Part shown: positions 17,988 through 31,632 of the stretch, piece after piece
Layout of the letters: the number at the start of each line of letters is the position of its first letter
Numbering within the stretch: position 1 is the stretch's first letter
From: an uncultured Acidobacteriota bacterium
Lineage (GTDB): Bacteria; Acidobacteriota; Thermoanaerobaculia; Multivoradales; UBA5704
NCBI GenBank assembly: GCA_963700145.1
Contig: OY969474.1
Location: forward strand, 1,120,001 to 1,184,000
Direction of reading: 5' to 3'
Length of the DNA stretch: 64,000 nucleotides
The notes under the pieces: model-generated
Databases searched by the model: none
What the model was told of the DNA's origin: nothing
The model's input: only the letters and a program-made list of their open reading frames with translations
Position numbers and translations under genes: made by a program

Positions 17988-20044
17988 CTATCGGGACGCG
18001 ACTTCGGGGCGCAGCCAGCGGTCCAGCCAGGCGAGGACGGTCTCGTGCCAGAGCAGCGAGCTGGCGGGGCGGACGGTCCAGTGCCCCTCGTTCGGGGTGG
18101 CGAGGAGCTGGCTCGGGACGCCGCGCCGCTGCAGCGCGGTGAAGGTGGCGACCCCCTGCGCCTCCGGCACCCGGTAGTCGAGGCCGCCGTGGAGGACCAG
18201 CATCGGCGTCCGCCAGCGCGCGACGTGGTGCACCGGGTTGTGCCGCTCGTGGGCCTCCGGCGCCCGCCAGTAGGGACCGCCCAGCTCCCACTCCGGCAGC
18301 CAGAGCTCGTCGGTGGTCAAGGAGAGCGACCGCAGGTCGAAGGGACCGCCCTGGTTGACCAGGCAGCGGAAACGGTCCGGCCGCTGCCCGGCGAGCCAGT
18401 TGACGAGGTAGCCGCCGAAGGAGCCCCCCGCGACGCCGACCCGCTCGCCGTCGAGCCAGGGGTAGCGGGCGAGCGCCGCGGCGATGCCGCGGTCGATGTC
18501 CACCAGCGGTTTGCCTCCCCAGTCGCCGCGGATCGAGTCGGCGAACGCCTGGCCGTAGCCGGCCGAGCCGTGGAAGTCGATCGCCAGCGCGGCGTACCCG
18601 GCGCCGGCGTAGACCTGCGAGCTCCAGAGGTAGCGGAAGTCGCTGCCGAAGCTGCTCTGCGGGCCGCCGTGCAGGAGGACGACCAGCGGGTAGCGGCGGC
18701 GCGGGTCGAGGCCGGCGGGCTGGACCATCCAGGCGTGGACCGGCTCGTCGTTCCAGCCCGGGTAGCGGAGCTGCTCGGCCTTGCCGACGAGGACGCCCGC
18801 CAGCCGCTCGCGGTTCATCCGCGTCAGCGGCCGCGGGTCGGAGCCGTCGGGCCGGGCCGACCAGAGCTCGGCCGGCCCTTCGAGGTTCTCGAGCGTGAAG
18901 ACCACCCGCTCGCGGCCGGCGGTGGGAGCGCGGATGGTGCCGGCGCCGGTGAGCGCGTGCACGGTGCCGGAGGCGACGCCGATGGCGAAGAGGCGCTGCT
19001 CGCCGAGGTCGGGGGCGGTGGCGTAGAGAGTGCGGCCGTCGGGCGCGAAGGCGATCTCGGAGGGCGAGCGGTCCCAGCCCTCGGCGAGGACGCGCGGCGG
19101 CCCGCCGGCGAGCGGCTGCAGGACGACGCGGAAGCGGTCCCCCTCGTAGCCCGGGCGCTCCATCGCCAGGTAAGCGAGGGCGCGGCCGTCGGGCGAGAAA
19201 AGCGGCCGCGAGTCCCAGGCGGGGTTGGCGGCGGTCAGCTCGCGCGGCGGCGCCGAGCCGTCGGCCGGGACGAGGTAGATGTCGAAGTCGGTCGACCAGG
19301 CCTCGCCGGCTCCCACCTTGGCGGCGAAGGCGAGCTGGCGGCCGTCGGGCGAGAAGGCGACTTCCTCCATGCCGCCGAAGGGCGGTGCGGGCACGTCGGC
19401 GTCGAGTCCGCGGGTGACGTCCACCGGCTCGCCCCCCGCCACCGGCACGACGAAGAGGTGGGAGCGGAGGCCGTCCTCCCAGGCGTTCCAGTGGCGGACG
19501 AAGAGCCGCTCGTAGAGCCGTCCCTGGGCCTGCCGCCTCTCCCCCGCCGCCAGGCGCGCCACGGTGCAGGCGAGGTCCGGGCAGTCGGGGAAGACGTCCA
19601 TCGCCACGACCAGGCGCGCGCCGTCTGGCGCCAGCCGGAAGCCGGAGACGTCGAGCGGCAGCTGGGTGACCTGGACCGGCTCGCCGCCGCCGGCCGGCGC
19701 CCGCCAGACCTGCGAGCTGCCGGAGCGCGGCGAGAGGAAGTAGACCGCCGAGCCGTCCGGCGCCCAGGCCGGGCCGGTGTCGCTCTCGGGATGGTCGGTC
19801 AGGCGGCGGAGGCCGGCGCCGTCGCTCCCCACCAGCCAGAGGTCGAAGCGGGCGCGGTTGGCGGCGCGGTCGGCGGTGCGGACGGTGAAGGCGACCGTGC
19901 GCTCGTCCGGCGAGAGCGCCGGCTCGGCCAGCCGGGCGAGCGCCAGCAGGTCGTGGATGGTGAAGGGGTGCGGGACCGGCGCGGCGGGCGTCGCCGCCGC
20001 GGCCAGCGCCGCCGCCGCGGCCAGCGGGAAGAAGAGCGCCGGCG

Positions 20045-20048
<4 letters not shown>
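17988..20048 (-). CDS. S9 family (DPP5/acylaminoacyl-peptidase-like) secreted peptidase, paralog 2; probable CTG start
   Basis: PD40/TolB-like propeller; HGGPQ, GGSFGG nucleophile, D and NEGHW; no ATG/GTG/TTG before the signal-like segment; CTG overlaps the upstream TGA. Confidence 0.85.
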
Positions 20049-22123
<2,075 letters not shown>

Positions 22124-22134
22124 CGGCGGGTCTC

Positions 22135-23685
22135 CTAGCGGGGCGGGATGATAGCCGAGCGCTGGCGCGGCGGCCGGCGCGGCGGCAGCGGCACCCCGGG
22201 CCGGCGGCGGTAGATCGTCACCGTCCCCGGCGGCTGGCCGATCCGCAGCCGCACCGCCTCCTCGTAAGCGCCGGCGAACCAGGGCTTCGAGACGATCGGC
22301 CGGCTGCCGCCGCGGCGGGTGAAGCCGTGGAAGAGGAGGTAGTCCGCCGGCCGCGCCAGGAACGCGCCGACCGGGTCGCCCGCCGCGGTGTAGGGCATCG
22401 CCTCCGGGCTCACCAGCCCGATCAGGTCGTACACCCGCCGCCGGCTGGTGTAGCCGAGGATGCCGATCTCGTCGGCCGCCACCGTCGCCTCCGGCGGCGA
22501 GTGCTCGCGTAGCCAGAGGCCGGCGGCGCGATAGGCCGGGAGACGCCAGTCGCCGCGGCCGCCGTCGCGCAGCCAGCGCGCCGTGCCGAGCAGCGGCAGG
22601 AGCGCCAGCGCCGCCGCGAGCAGCGCCGTCAGCCGGAACGCGCCGGCGCGGCGAGCCAGCGCCACCAGCGGGAAGGGAGCGGCGAAGAGCAGCGCCGCGA
22701 CCGCCGGCACCGCGTACCAGACGAAGAACGGCACGCCGAGGACCGTGTACGCGACCGCAGTCACAGCGGCGTGCAGCACGAGGAGCTTCCCCGGCAGGCC
22801 GCAGCGCCGCCAGAGCCAGACCTGCCCGGCGAGCCCGAGCGCCGCGAGCGCCGGCGCCAGCGGCCCCGCGTGCTGGCGGAAGAGCCCCCAGGCGCGCCCC
22901 CAGAAGACCGCCGGCGTCGCGCCGACCAGCTCCGGCCCGAGCGCCGCGAACTGCCGCTTCGCCGCCAGCGTGTTCGGCAGCACCGTCCCGAACCAGCTCC
23001 AGGCGGCGAAGCACCCGGCGAGCACCACCAGCCCGCAGACCAGCGCATAGCGCCGCGGGAACCGCCCCACGAGCCGCCCGCGCAGCAGCCCGAGCAGCGC
23101 CGCCGCCGGCGCCGCGTCCGGCCGCATCCACACCGCCAGCCCGGCCGAGAACCCCGCCGAAGTCGGCCACCGCTCCGCCCGCGCCGCCGCCGCCAGCAGA
23201 AACGCCAGCACCGCCAGCGGCCCCGCCCCCTGCGCCGTCCAGAGATACGGCGAAGTGACCAGCAGCGTCCCCCCGAGGATCCCCTCCACCCGCAACCCGC
23301 CCCGCGCCGCCCCCCGCAACAACACCCGCCCCGCCGTCAGCAACCAAGCCGCCGTCAGCAAACTCCCCAACCGCGGCACGTCCACCCGCGAGATCCAGTG
23401 CAGCCACCCCAACAGCAACGCCACCCCGGGATCCGTAACCCCGAACACCCGCTCCCCCGGGTTGAACGTCAGCCCCGCCCCATGCGCCAGGTTCCACGCG
23501 TAGCGGTAGGTGATGTAAATGTCGTCGGTCGCCCGCCCGAGCATCCGATAGGCGATCAGCAGCGCCGCCACCGACCACACGACCACCACGAGACGCTCTA
23601 GGAGGAACCCTCGCACCGAGCGCCGCACCCCGGCCTTGGGATGCTCCACCAAAGAGGGCTGGGTGGGAGAAGAAGAGGGGTTCAT
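22135..23685 (-). CDS. GT-C type (arabinosyl/mannosyltransferase-like) membrane protein
   Basis: DDIYITYRYAWNLAHGAGLTFNPGERV, RPDA, LPNT and EIGILGY...DLIGLV motifs; many TMs; start codon uncertain. Confidence 0.75.
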   Translation of the reverse strand: MNPSSSPTQPSLVEHPKAGVRRSVRGFLLERLVVVVWSVAALLIAYRMLGRATDDIYITYRYAWNLAHGAGLTFNPGERVFGVTDPGVALLLGWLHWISRVDVPRLGSLLTAAWLLTAGRVLLRGAARGGLRVEGILGGTLLVTSPYLWTAQGAGPLAVLAFLLAAAARAERWPTSAGFSAGLAVWMRPDAAPAAALLGLLRGRLVGRFPRRYALVCGLVVLAGCFAAWSWFGTVLPNTLAAKRQFAALGPELVGATPAVFWGRAWGLFRQHAGPLAPALAALGLAGQVWLWRRCGLPGKLLVLHAAVTAVAYTVLGVPFFVWYAVPAVAALLFAAPFPLVALARRAGAFRLTALLAAALALLPLLGTARWLRDGGRGDWRLPAYRAAGLWLREHSPPEATVAADEIGILGYTSRRRVYDLIGLVSPEAMPYTAAGDPVGAFLARPADYLLFHGFTRRGGSRPIVSKPWFAGAYEEAVRLRIGQPPGTVTIYRRRPGVPLPPRRPPRQRSAIIPPR

Positions 23686-23713
23686 CTCAGGGTCTTCGCG
23701 CCACCCCCCGCCC

Positions 23714-23740
23714 AGATCCCTCGCTCTCGCTCGGGATGAC
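23714..23740. repeat. Short REP-like interspersed repeat
   Basis: AGATCCCTCGCTCTCGCTCGGGATGAC, an imperfect hairpin of the GTCATCCCGAGCG..GCGAGGGATCT type. Confidence 0.55.
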
Positions 23741-23761
23741 AAATCGGAGGGCATTCGGGTA

Positions 23762-23927
23762 GGGCCGGGGCGTGGTGCTCCCCGCGGGGACCTCTCCGCA
23801 AGAGCCAGCAACACCCTCCGCAAATCACCGCCGATCCGGCGCGCAGCGGAGCGGAGGCGCGCGCCTCAGATCGTGAAGTCCACCAACGCGCGCGCCGTTC
23901 CCCGCGGGGAGCACCACGCCCCGGCCC
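23762..23927. repeat. Perfect 29-bp inverted repeat pair (REPIN/MITE-like)
   Basis: GGGCCGGGGCGTGGTGCTCCCCGCGGGGA (23762-23790) and its exact reverse complement (23899-23927); the left arm begins within GTAG. Confidence 0.8.
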
Positions 23928-23950
23928 GGCGCTCGTCGCAATCTTCTTTT

Positions 23951-25693
23951 TCAGATAGAGATCGACCCCTTCCGAAACTCGGTCTTCCCGATCTGCGCGT
24001 TGACCAACACCGGCACCCCCGTCCGCGCCAACCGCCGCGCCTCCGCCAGCACCCCGTCCATCTCTTCAGCCCGCTCCAGCAAAAACCCCCGCCCCCCATA
24101 CCCCTCAGCCACCGTGTGATAAGCCGTCCGCGCCAACACCGTCCCCACGTCGTCCCCCAGCACCGGCACCTGCTCCCGCGCGATCTGCGTCCACCCCGCG
24201 TCGTTCCCCACCACCGCCACCACCCCCACCCCATGCCGCGCCAACGCATCGAACTCCGCCAAACTGAACGCCGCCGACCCGTCCCCCCACAACAACCACA
24301 CCTCCGCCCCCGGCCGCGCCAGCTTCGCCCCCAGCGCGAACCCCCCGCCCACCCCCAGCGTCCCGAACGCCCCCGGGTCCAGCCACGAGAGCGGCGCCCG
24401 CGGCCGCAGCGTGTACGCCGCCGTCGCCACGAAATCGCCGCCGTCGGCCACGATCAGGCTCTCCGGCCCGAGCTGCCGGTCGATGGCGCGGCAGAGCGCC
24501 AGCGGGTTGAGATACCCGTCCGCCGGCTGCCGCGCCTGCTCCGCGATCTCCCGCTCCCGCTCCTCGTCGCGGGCGCGCAGCCGCGCCAGCCACTCCCCGC
24601 GCGCCGCGGCCTTGCCGCTCGCGCGGCGGCCCGCCGCCGCGGCTGCCAGCGCGCGCAGGAAGAGCCCGGGGTCGGCGTGCGCCGCCACGTCCGGCTTGCG
24701 GTTGCGGGTGAGGTCGCCGCGCGAGAGGTTGGCGCCGACCAGCCGCGCGCCGCGCGCGATGTGGCGGCCGTAGTCGAGCCGGAAGTCGGCAGGCATGCCG
24801 GCCAGGATCACCAGGTCGGCCTCGCGCAGCGCCTCCTTCCGCCGGTGGCGGAGCTGGAGCGGCGACTCGGCGCCGAGGAGGCCGCGCGCCCCGCCCGCGA
24901 GGTAGACCGGGAGGCCCAGCGCCACGACCGCTGCCGCCACCTCCTCCACCTCGGCGGCCCGCAGCACTGCCTGCCCGCCGACCACCAGGACCGGCCGCTC
25001 GGCGCCGGCGAGGAGGCGCGCGGCACCCGACACGGCGCGCCGCGGCGGGTGGAGCGGCGCCGGCGGCAGCGGCGCCGGCGGCGGCCCGGCGTCGCGGGCG
25101 AAGAGCTTCTTGAGGTGCCGCTCGAGGTAGCGGCGCAGCCCCCAGCCGGCGAGGCCGCCGCCGCCCGTGCCGGCGAGGTACCACTGCCGCACCAGCGACT
25201 CGTCGTAGAGGAGATCCACCGGCACTTCCAGAAAGACCGGCCCGGGCAGCCCGGCCGCCGCCTCGTGGAAGGCGCGCTCCAGCGCCGGCGCCAGCTCGCG
25301 CACCGAGCGCGGCGAGGCCAGCCACTTGACGTGCGGCCGCACGAGCGCGTGCTGGTCGATGTCCTGGAGGGCGCCGCGCCCCTTGAGCAGCGTCGCCGTG
25401 GCACCGCCGATCAGCACCAGCGGCGACGGCGCCATCTGCGCGTTCTTGAGCGCGGTGATGGCGTTGGTGACGCCCGGCCCGGCGGTCACCGCCGCCACCC
25501 CCGGCGCCCCGGTCAAACGCGCCGTCGCGTCCGCCGCGAACACCGCGTCCGCCTCGTGCCGCATGTCTACCACCCGGATGCCCCGCCGCTTCGCCCCGAC
25601 CAAGAGCGGCGCGATGTGCCCGCCGCAGAGCGTGAACAGCGTCCGCACCCCCCGCCGCTCCAGCACCTCCGCCAGCCGGTCGCCGCCGTTCAT
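23951..25693 (-). CDS. Thiamine-diphosphate-dependent enzyme (acetolactate synthase-like/ILVBL-HACL type)
   Basis: [38 protein letters not shown] and the TPP motif GDGS...GND. Confidence 0.9.
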   Translation of the reverse strand: MNGGDRLAEVLERRGVRTLFTLCGGHIAPLLVGAKRRGIRVVDMRHEADAVFAADATARLTGAPGVAAVTAGPGVTNAITALKNAQMAPSPLVLIGGATATLLKGRGALQDIDQHALVRPHVKWLASPRSVRELAPALERAFHEAAAGLPGPVFLEVPVDLLYDESLVRQWYLAGTGGGGLAGWGLRRYLERHLKKLFARDAGPPPAPLPPAPLHPPRRAVSGAARLLAGAERPVLVVGGQAVLRAAEVEEVAAAVVALGLPVYLAGGARGLLGAESPLQLRHRRKEALREADLVILAGMPADFRLDYGRHIARGARLVGANLSRGDLTRNRKPDVAAHADPGLFLRALAAAAAGRRASGKAAARGEWLARLRARDEEREREIAEQARQPADGYLNPLALCRAIDRQLGPESLIVADGGDFVATAAYTLRPRAPLSWLDPGAFGTLGVGGGFALGAKLARPGAEVWLLWGDGSAAFSLAEFDALARHGVGVVAVVGNDAGWTQIAREQVPVLGDDVGTVLARTAYHTVAEGYGGRGFLLERAEEMDGVLAEARRLARTGVPVLVNAQIGKTEFRKGSISI

Positions 25694-25706
25694 CGTCGCT
25701 CTTCGC

Positions 25707-26129
25707 TCAGCGCTGAGGCACGATGCGGAACCGGCGTTTGCCGTCGATGCGGTAGGTCTCGAAGTCGTCGTGGTCGATCGTGAAGACGGTGGCGAGGTCC
25801 TCCCGCCGCGCCAGGTGGACCAGGGTGGCGTCGGCGAAGTCCATCGGGCGGTCGCGGTAGCGGTGCATCAGGGCCTCGAGATCGGGGAGGTCGGCGTCGC
25901 CGATCGGCAGGACCATGACCGCATTGGAGCGGATGAGCGTCCACGCGGCGGCATGCTCGTGGGCACCGGCCAGGAAGTGGAACAGCTCGGTAAGCACCGC
26001 GGCGGACGTCGCGAGCGGCAGGTGGAGAGTAGGGAAGGTCTCCGTGCAGCGCCGATGCCATCGGTCGTCGCGATCGAGGAGGGCGACGAGAGCGCCCGTA
26101 TCGACGAGCCCGCGCGGCCTAGCGGCCAT
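25707..26129 (-). CDS. vapC: PIN-domain VapC-type toxin
   Basis: LVDTGAL...VLTE...MDFADATL...TIDHDDF acidic PIN residues. Confidence 0.88.
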   Translation of the reverse strand: MAARPRGLVDTGALVALLDRDDRWHRRCTETFPTLHLPLATSAAVLTELFHFLAGAHEHAAAWTLIRSNAVMVLPIGDADLPDLEALMHRYRDRPMDFADATLVHLARREDLATVFTIDHDDFETYRIDGKRRFRIVPQR

Positions 26130-26406
26130 ACCGACGACGCAGGCGGGCGCGCACTTCCTCGCTGACCCGCTCGGACCGGTGGGGATCGCCGCCCTCGAGC
26201 GAGCCGATGACTTTCATGGCGCGGGCGCGAATCCGCTCCTGTTCTTCCCGCTCGTCCTCGTTTCCCTCGCTGGAGCGCGCCAGCCACTCCTTCGCGATCT
26301 GCTCGAGCAGCTCCGCCAGGCTCTTCCGCTCGGCGCGCGCCGCCTCCTCCAGCTCCGTCTTGAGCCGGGGGGAGAGCCGCCAACTGTAGACCTCGGTCTT
26401 CGCCAT
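26119..26406 (-). CDS. Putative antitoxin (ribbon-helix-helix-like)
   Basis: 95 aa; [28 protein letters not shown] beta-alpha-alpha pattern; overlaps the vapC start. Confidence 0.75.
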   Translation of the reverse strand: MAKTEVYSWRLSPRLKTELEEAARAERKSLAELLEQIAKEWLARSSEGNEDEREEQERIRARAMKVIGSLEGGDPHRSERVSEEVRARLRRRYGR

Positions 26407-26425
26407 GCACCACATCGTAGTGCAT
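26405..26425. promoter_or_regulatory. TA operator palindrome overlapping the -10 (TACGAT) and the antitoxin start
   Basis: ATGCACCAC-atc-GTAGTGCAT (8/9 inverted repeat); -10 at 26414-26419 on the minus strand, 7 nt before the ATG. Confidence 0.6.
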
Positions 26426-26478
26426 CGGCCGCCGCAGGTCGAGCGGCTTGCCTCCTCGTCGCCGAGGGGACCTGCCGA

Positions 26479-27498
26479 TCAGGCGGATGTGAACGGCTGG
26501 TCCGAGAGGACCGGGCTGGTGCGGAAGGTCCGGCGGCGCTCCGCCGTGGAGCGAGTCTCCGCCCCCTCCCCGAACTGAGCGCGCACTCGCGCCACCGATT
26601 CTTTCGCCATCGCCGCGAGCAGCTCGGCCTCGGTCATCGCGGGGCGCTGGACCTTCTTGAAGATCCCGCGCGCGCCGCCGTCGCCGTGCTGGTTCGCGAG
26701 GTCGAGCAGGAAGGCGACCCCGCGCTCGCTGCGGACGCGGCCGCCGGTGAACTGCGCGATCGCCGCGAGCGAGCGGTCGAAAGCACCCACCGCCGCCTCC
26801 ACCTGGACGCGCTGGAGGTCGCGGTCGCGGGCCGCGGCGGCGAAGCGGCCGGCCCACGGCTCGGCGACGAGGTCGAAGCGCGGATCGGTCGTGACCCCGG
26901 TCGCGGCGCTCACCCCGCCGGAGGGACGCGCGGTGTGGCGGAGGAGGGCGTCGGCGAGCGCCTCGTCGCCGCCTCCGAAGACCCGCACGAACGCGTCGCG
27001 CTGCCGCGCTCCGAAGGCCTGGAGCAGCTCGTACAGCCGCCGCGGCCGCTGCGCCCACTGGATGAGGCCGAAGGAGAGCCCGGCGCGGTCGGTGTTGGCG
27101 TTGAAGGCGGCGAAGCGCCCCGCCCCTTCGAACTCGCTGGTGATGCTCATCAGGCGCGGCAGCCCGGCAAACTGCACGTCGAGCACCAGCGTCAGGTAGG
27201 GGCGGCTGGCGCGCGGGTCGCGGGCCGGCCTCTGCGCCAGGGCGCGGAGCGTCGGGCTGTCGACCGCTCCGGTGTCGGGCAGGCCGGAGGTCCGCTGGAA
27301 GGTGCGGACGCACTGCTCGGTGCACGGGCCGTAGCGCCCGCGGCTCGCACCGAGGATCCCGGGGAGGTTGGTGACGCCGTGGCCGCGCAAGAGGTCCTGG
27401 ACGGCCCCGACGGCGTCCGGATCGGGGTCGCCGGCGGCGATCGGCGCCGCCTCGCCGGCGAAGAGGGAATCGACGCGAGCGACACCGGTGACGGCCAT
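26479..27498 (-). CDS. Peptidoglycan-binding domain + lysozyme/chitosanase-like hydrolase
   Basis: VQDLL...GRYGPCTEQCVRTFQRTSGLPDTGAVDSPT (PG_binding_1); SEFEG...D.AGLSFGLIQW; DLANQHG lysozyme-superfamily motifs. Confidence 0.7.
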   Translation of the reverse strand: MAVTGVARVDSLFAGEAAPIAAGDPDPDAVGAVQDLLRGHGVTNLPGILGASRGRYGPCTEQCVRTFQRTSGLPDTGAVDSPTLRALAQRPARDPRASRPYLTLVLDVQFAGLPRLMSITSEFEGAGRFAAFNANTDRAGLSFGLIQWAQRPRRLYELLQAFGARQRDAFVRVFGGGDEALADALLRHTARPSGGVSAATGVTTDPRFDLVAEPWAGRFAAAARDRDLQRVQVEAAVGAFDRSLAAIAQFTGGRVRSERGVAFLLDLANQHGDGGARGIFKKVQRPAMTEAELLAAMAKESVARVRAQFGEGAETRSTAERRRTFRTSPVLSDQPFTSA

Positions 27499-27505
27499 CG
27501 CGTCG

Positions 27506-29137
<1,632 letters not shown>

Positions 29138-29150
29138 GGCGCCCGGGATG

Positions 29151-29519
29151 CTAGCGCGTGAACGCCGCCCAGGCGAAGAGGAGGAAGCCGGCGATCAGCA
29201 GCGTGCCGCCGAGCGGCGTGACGGCGCCGAGGATGCGGGGGCCGCCGAGGGCGAGGGCGAAGACAGTGCCGCTGAAGACGACGGCGCCGGCGAGGAGGCA
29301 CCAGCCGGCGGCGCGGAGGGCGGCGGAGGGGGGCGCCTGGCGGGCGAAGACGCCGAGCAGGGCGAGGCCGAGCCCGGAGTACATCAGGTAGCGGGCGGCG
29401 GTCTCCCAGAGGGCAAGGGCGCGGATGTCCAGCCGCGCGGCGAGCGCGTGGGCGCCGAAGGCGCCGGCGGCGACGGCAAGGGCGGCGAGCAGCGCGCCGG
29501 CGGCGGTCCAGAGGGGCAC
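29151..29519 (-). CDS. DUF423 (YgdD/TMEM256) membrane protein
   Basis: GAFGAHAL, ETAARY, FSGT and GAVTPLGG motifs; GTG 29519. Confidence 0.88.
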   Translation of the reverse strand: MPLWTAAGALLAALAVAAGAFGAHALAARLDIRALALWETAARYLMYSGLGLALLGVFARQAPPSAALRAAGWCLLAGAVVFSGTVFALALGGPRILGAVTPLGGTLLIAGFLLFAWAAFTR

Positions 29520-29600
29520 GGGCGGATCGTAGCCGATCGGCGCCGAACGTCCTCCGCCGCGGACGTGCGGCGGGGTGCAAACCGCCGTAAAACGCGCCAA

Positions 29601-29820
29601 CTCGGAGATCGACGGTCTATCTTGGAGATTGACGGCCGATCTCGGTGATCGGGCGCCCGTCTCCGTGATCGGGCGCCGATCTCGGTGATCGCGCGCCCGT
29701 CAGCGATGACGGAGCTTCCATCTCGGTGATCGCACGCCGATCTCGGTGACGGAACGCTCAGCTCCGAGATCGCGCGCCAATCTCCAAGATGGAGCGCTCA
29801 GGTCGGAAATGGCGCGTTCG
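29601..29820. repeat. Degenerate tandem array of about 11 x 20-bp units
   Basis: Consensus CTCGGTGATCG(G/C)GCGCCGAT; units start at 29601, 29621, 29641, 29661, 29681, 29701 (21 bp), 29722, 29742, 29762, 29782 and 29802. Confidence 0.8.
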
Positions 29821-29907
29821 CCGCCGGCACGGCGCGCCACTCTCCGGCCTGCCGCGCTCCGCCCCCTCCCCGCCGCGCTATCATCCCCACCGATCCACGG
29901 GGGGACG

Positions 29908-30516
29908 GTGCCCAGCGTCTACGACCTGAAACCCAGGTTCCAGGCCCTGCTGCGGCCGGGCGTCGGCGCCCTGGCGCGCGCCGGCGTCACCGCCAACCAG
30001 GTGACTGCCGCCGCGGCGATTCTCTCCCTTGCCGCGGGCGCCACGATCGCCCTCCTCCCCGACCGGCGCTGGCCGCTCCTTCTGCTGCCGCTCGTCCTGC
30101 TCGTGCGCATGGCGCTCAACGCCGTGGACGGCATGCTCGCCCGCGAGCACGGCCAGAAGAGCCGCCTCGGCGCGCTGCTCAACGAGCTGGGCGACGTCGT
30201 CTCCGACGCCGCCCTCTACCTGCCGCTGACGCTCGTCCCCGGCATCCCGCCGGCACCGGTCGTGGCGCTCGTCGTCCTCGCCGGGCTGTCCGAGCTGGCC
30301 GGCGTCCTCGGGGTGACGATCGGCGCCTCGCGCCGCTACGACGGCCCGGCCGGCAAGAGCGACCGCGCCCTCGTCCTCGGCGCCGTCGGCTTGGCGCTCG
30401 GGCTCGGCGCGCCGGCCGGTCGCTGGCTCGAGGTCCTCCTCTGGGTGCTCGCCGCCGGCGTCGCTCTCACCGTCGTCAACCGCGCCCGCGCGGCGCTCGC
30501 CGAGGCCTCCTCGTGA
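29908..30516 (+). CDS. CDP-alcohol phosphatidyltransferase (YnbA-like)
   Basis: SVYDLKPRFQ; NAVDGMLARE...LGALLNELGDVVSD; GPAGKSDRA. Confidence 0.9.
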   Translation: MPSVYDLKPRFQALLRPGVGALARAGVTANQVTAAAAILSLAAGATIALLPDRRWPLLLLPLVLLVRMALNAVDGMLAREHGQKSRLGALLNELGDVVSDAALYLPLTLVPGIPPAPVVALVVLAGLSELAGVLGVTIGASRRYDGPAGKSDRALVLGAVGLALGLGAPAGRWLEVLLWVLAAGVALTVVNRARAALAEASS

Positions 30517-31490
30517 ACGACGCCCTCGCCTTCCTCCGCGGCCGCCTCGACCCCGCCGTCGCCTCGACGCTCGCCGGCATCTTCGCCATCCTCGTCTGGG
30601 CCACCGTCGGCGTCGGGTTTCTCGTCCATTACCGCCCGCAGGGCGACTGGAGCGAGCTGCGCGCCCGCGTCCGCACCTGGTGGGTCATGGCCGGCGTCTT
30701 CGCCGTCGCCCTGGTCCTCTCGCGCAAGGTGTCGCTGGTCTTCTTCGCCTTCGTCAGCTTCCTGGCGCTCAAGGAGTACCTGTCGCTCATCCCGACCCGC
30801 CGCGCCGACCGCGGCGTCCTCTTCTGGGCCTACCTCGCGATCCCCGTGCAGTACCTGTGGATCGGCATGGGCTGGTACGGCATGTTCATCGTCTTCATCC
30901 CGGTCTACGCCTTCCTCTTCCTGCCGATGCGGATGGTGCTGATCGGCGAGACCGAGGGCTTCCTGCGCGCCGCCGGGACGCTGCACTGGGGGCTGATGGC
31001 GATGGTCTTCGCGATCAGCCACGTCGCGGCGCTCCTGGTGCTGCCGATCGCCAACCCGCACGGCGGCGGCCCGGGGCTGGTGCTCTACCTCGTCTTCCTC
31101 ACCCAGTTCAACGACGTGGCGCAGTACCTCTGGGGCAAGGCGCTCGGGCGCCACAAGGTGATCCCGAAGGTGTCGCCGAACAAGACCTGGGAAGGGCTGC
31201 TGGGCGGCGCGGCGACGACGCTGCTCCTCGCCTGGCTGCTGGCGCCGCGGCTGACGCCGTTCGACACCGTGCAGTCGCTCCAGGCCGGGCTGATCCTCGG
31301 CCTCGGCGGCTTCGTCGGCGACGTGGTGATCTCGGCCTTGAAGCGCGACCTCGGGATCAAGGACAGCGGCACGCTCCTGCCCGGCCACGGCGGGATCTTG
31401 GACAGGATCGACAGCCTCAGCTACACCGCCCCGCTCTTCTTCCACTTTGTTTGGTACCTATATGGACCGTTGACTACGATCGTGCGATGA
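30513..31490 (+). CDS. Phosphatidate cytidylyltransferase (YnbB/CdsA family)
   Basis: NDVAQY, SPNKTWEG, KRDLGIKD and PGHGGILDRIDS motifs. Confidence 0.92.
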   Translation: MNDALAFLRGRLDPAVASTLAGIFAILVWATVGVGFLVHYRPQGDWSELRARVRTWWVMAGVFAVALVLSRKVSLVFFAFVSFLALKEYLSLIPTRRADRGVLFWAYLAIPVQYLWIGMGWYGMFIVFIPVYAFLFLPMRMVLIGETEGFLRAAGTLHWGLMAMVFAISHVAALLVLPIANPHGGGPGLVLYLVFLTQFNDVAQYLWGKALGRHKVIPKVSPNKTWEGLLGGAATTLLLAWLLAPRLTPFDTVQSLQAGLILGLGGFVGDVVISALKRDLGIKDSGTLLPGHGGILDRIDSLSYTAPLFFHFVWYLYGPLTTIVR

Positions 31491-31552
31491 CGGTGATGCG
31501 AGCCGTGCCGTTAGTGCCGCGAGGCAGGTTCCCCCGCCCTGCTGATCGCATC

Positions 31553-31610
31553 ACCCCCCTCACCCTCGATCCCTCTCCCACCCTCAAGGTGGGAGAGGGA
31601 CGCCGCCCGG
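31553..31610. repeat. BoxC/REP-like intergenic element
   Basis: CCCTCACCCTCGATCCCTCTCCCACC-ctcaa-GGTGGGAGAGGGA: a pyrimidine tract followed by a perfect hairpin, inside the operon. Confidence 0.6.
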
Positions 31611-31632
31611 CCCTCTCTTCGGCCATCAGCGC

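Noticed and set aside
26479-27498. Prophage remnant
   Set aside because: No holin, structural, terminase or integrase genes nearby, and codon usage is host-like.
29601-29820. CRISPR array
   Set aside because: The units are contiguous and degenerate with no unique spacers, and there are no cas genes in the window.
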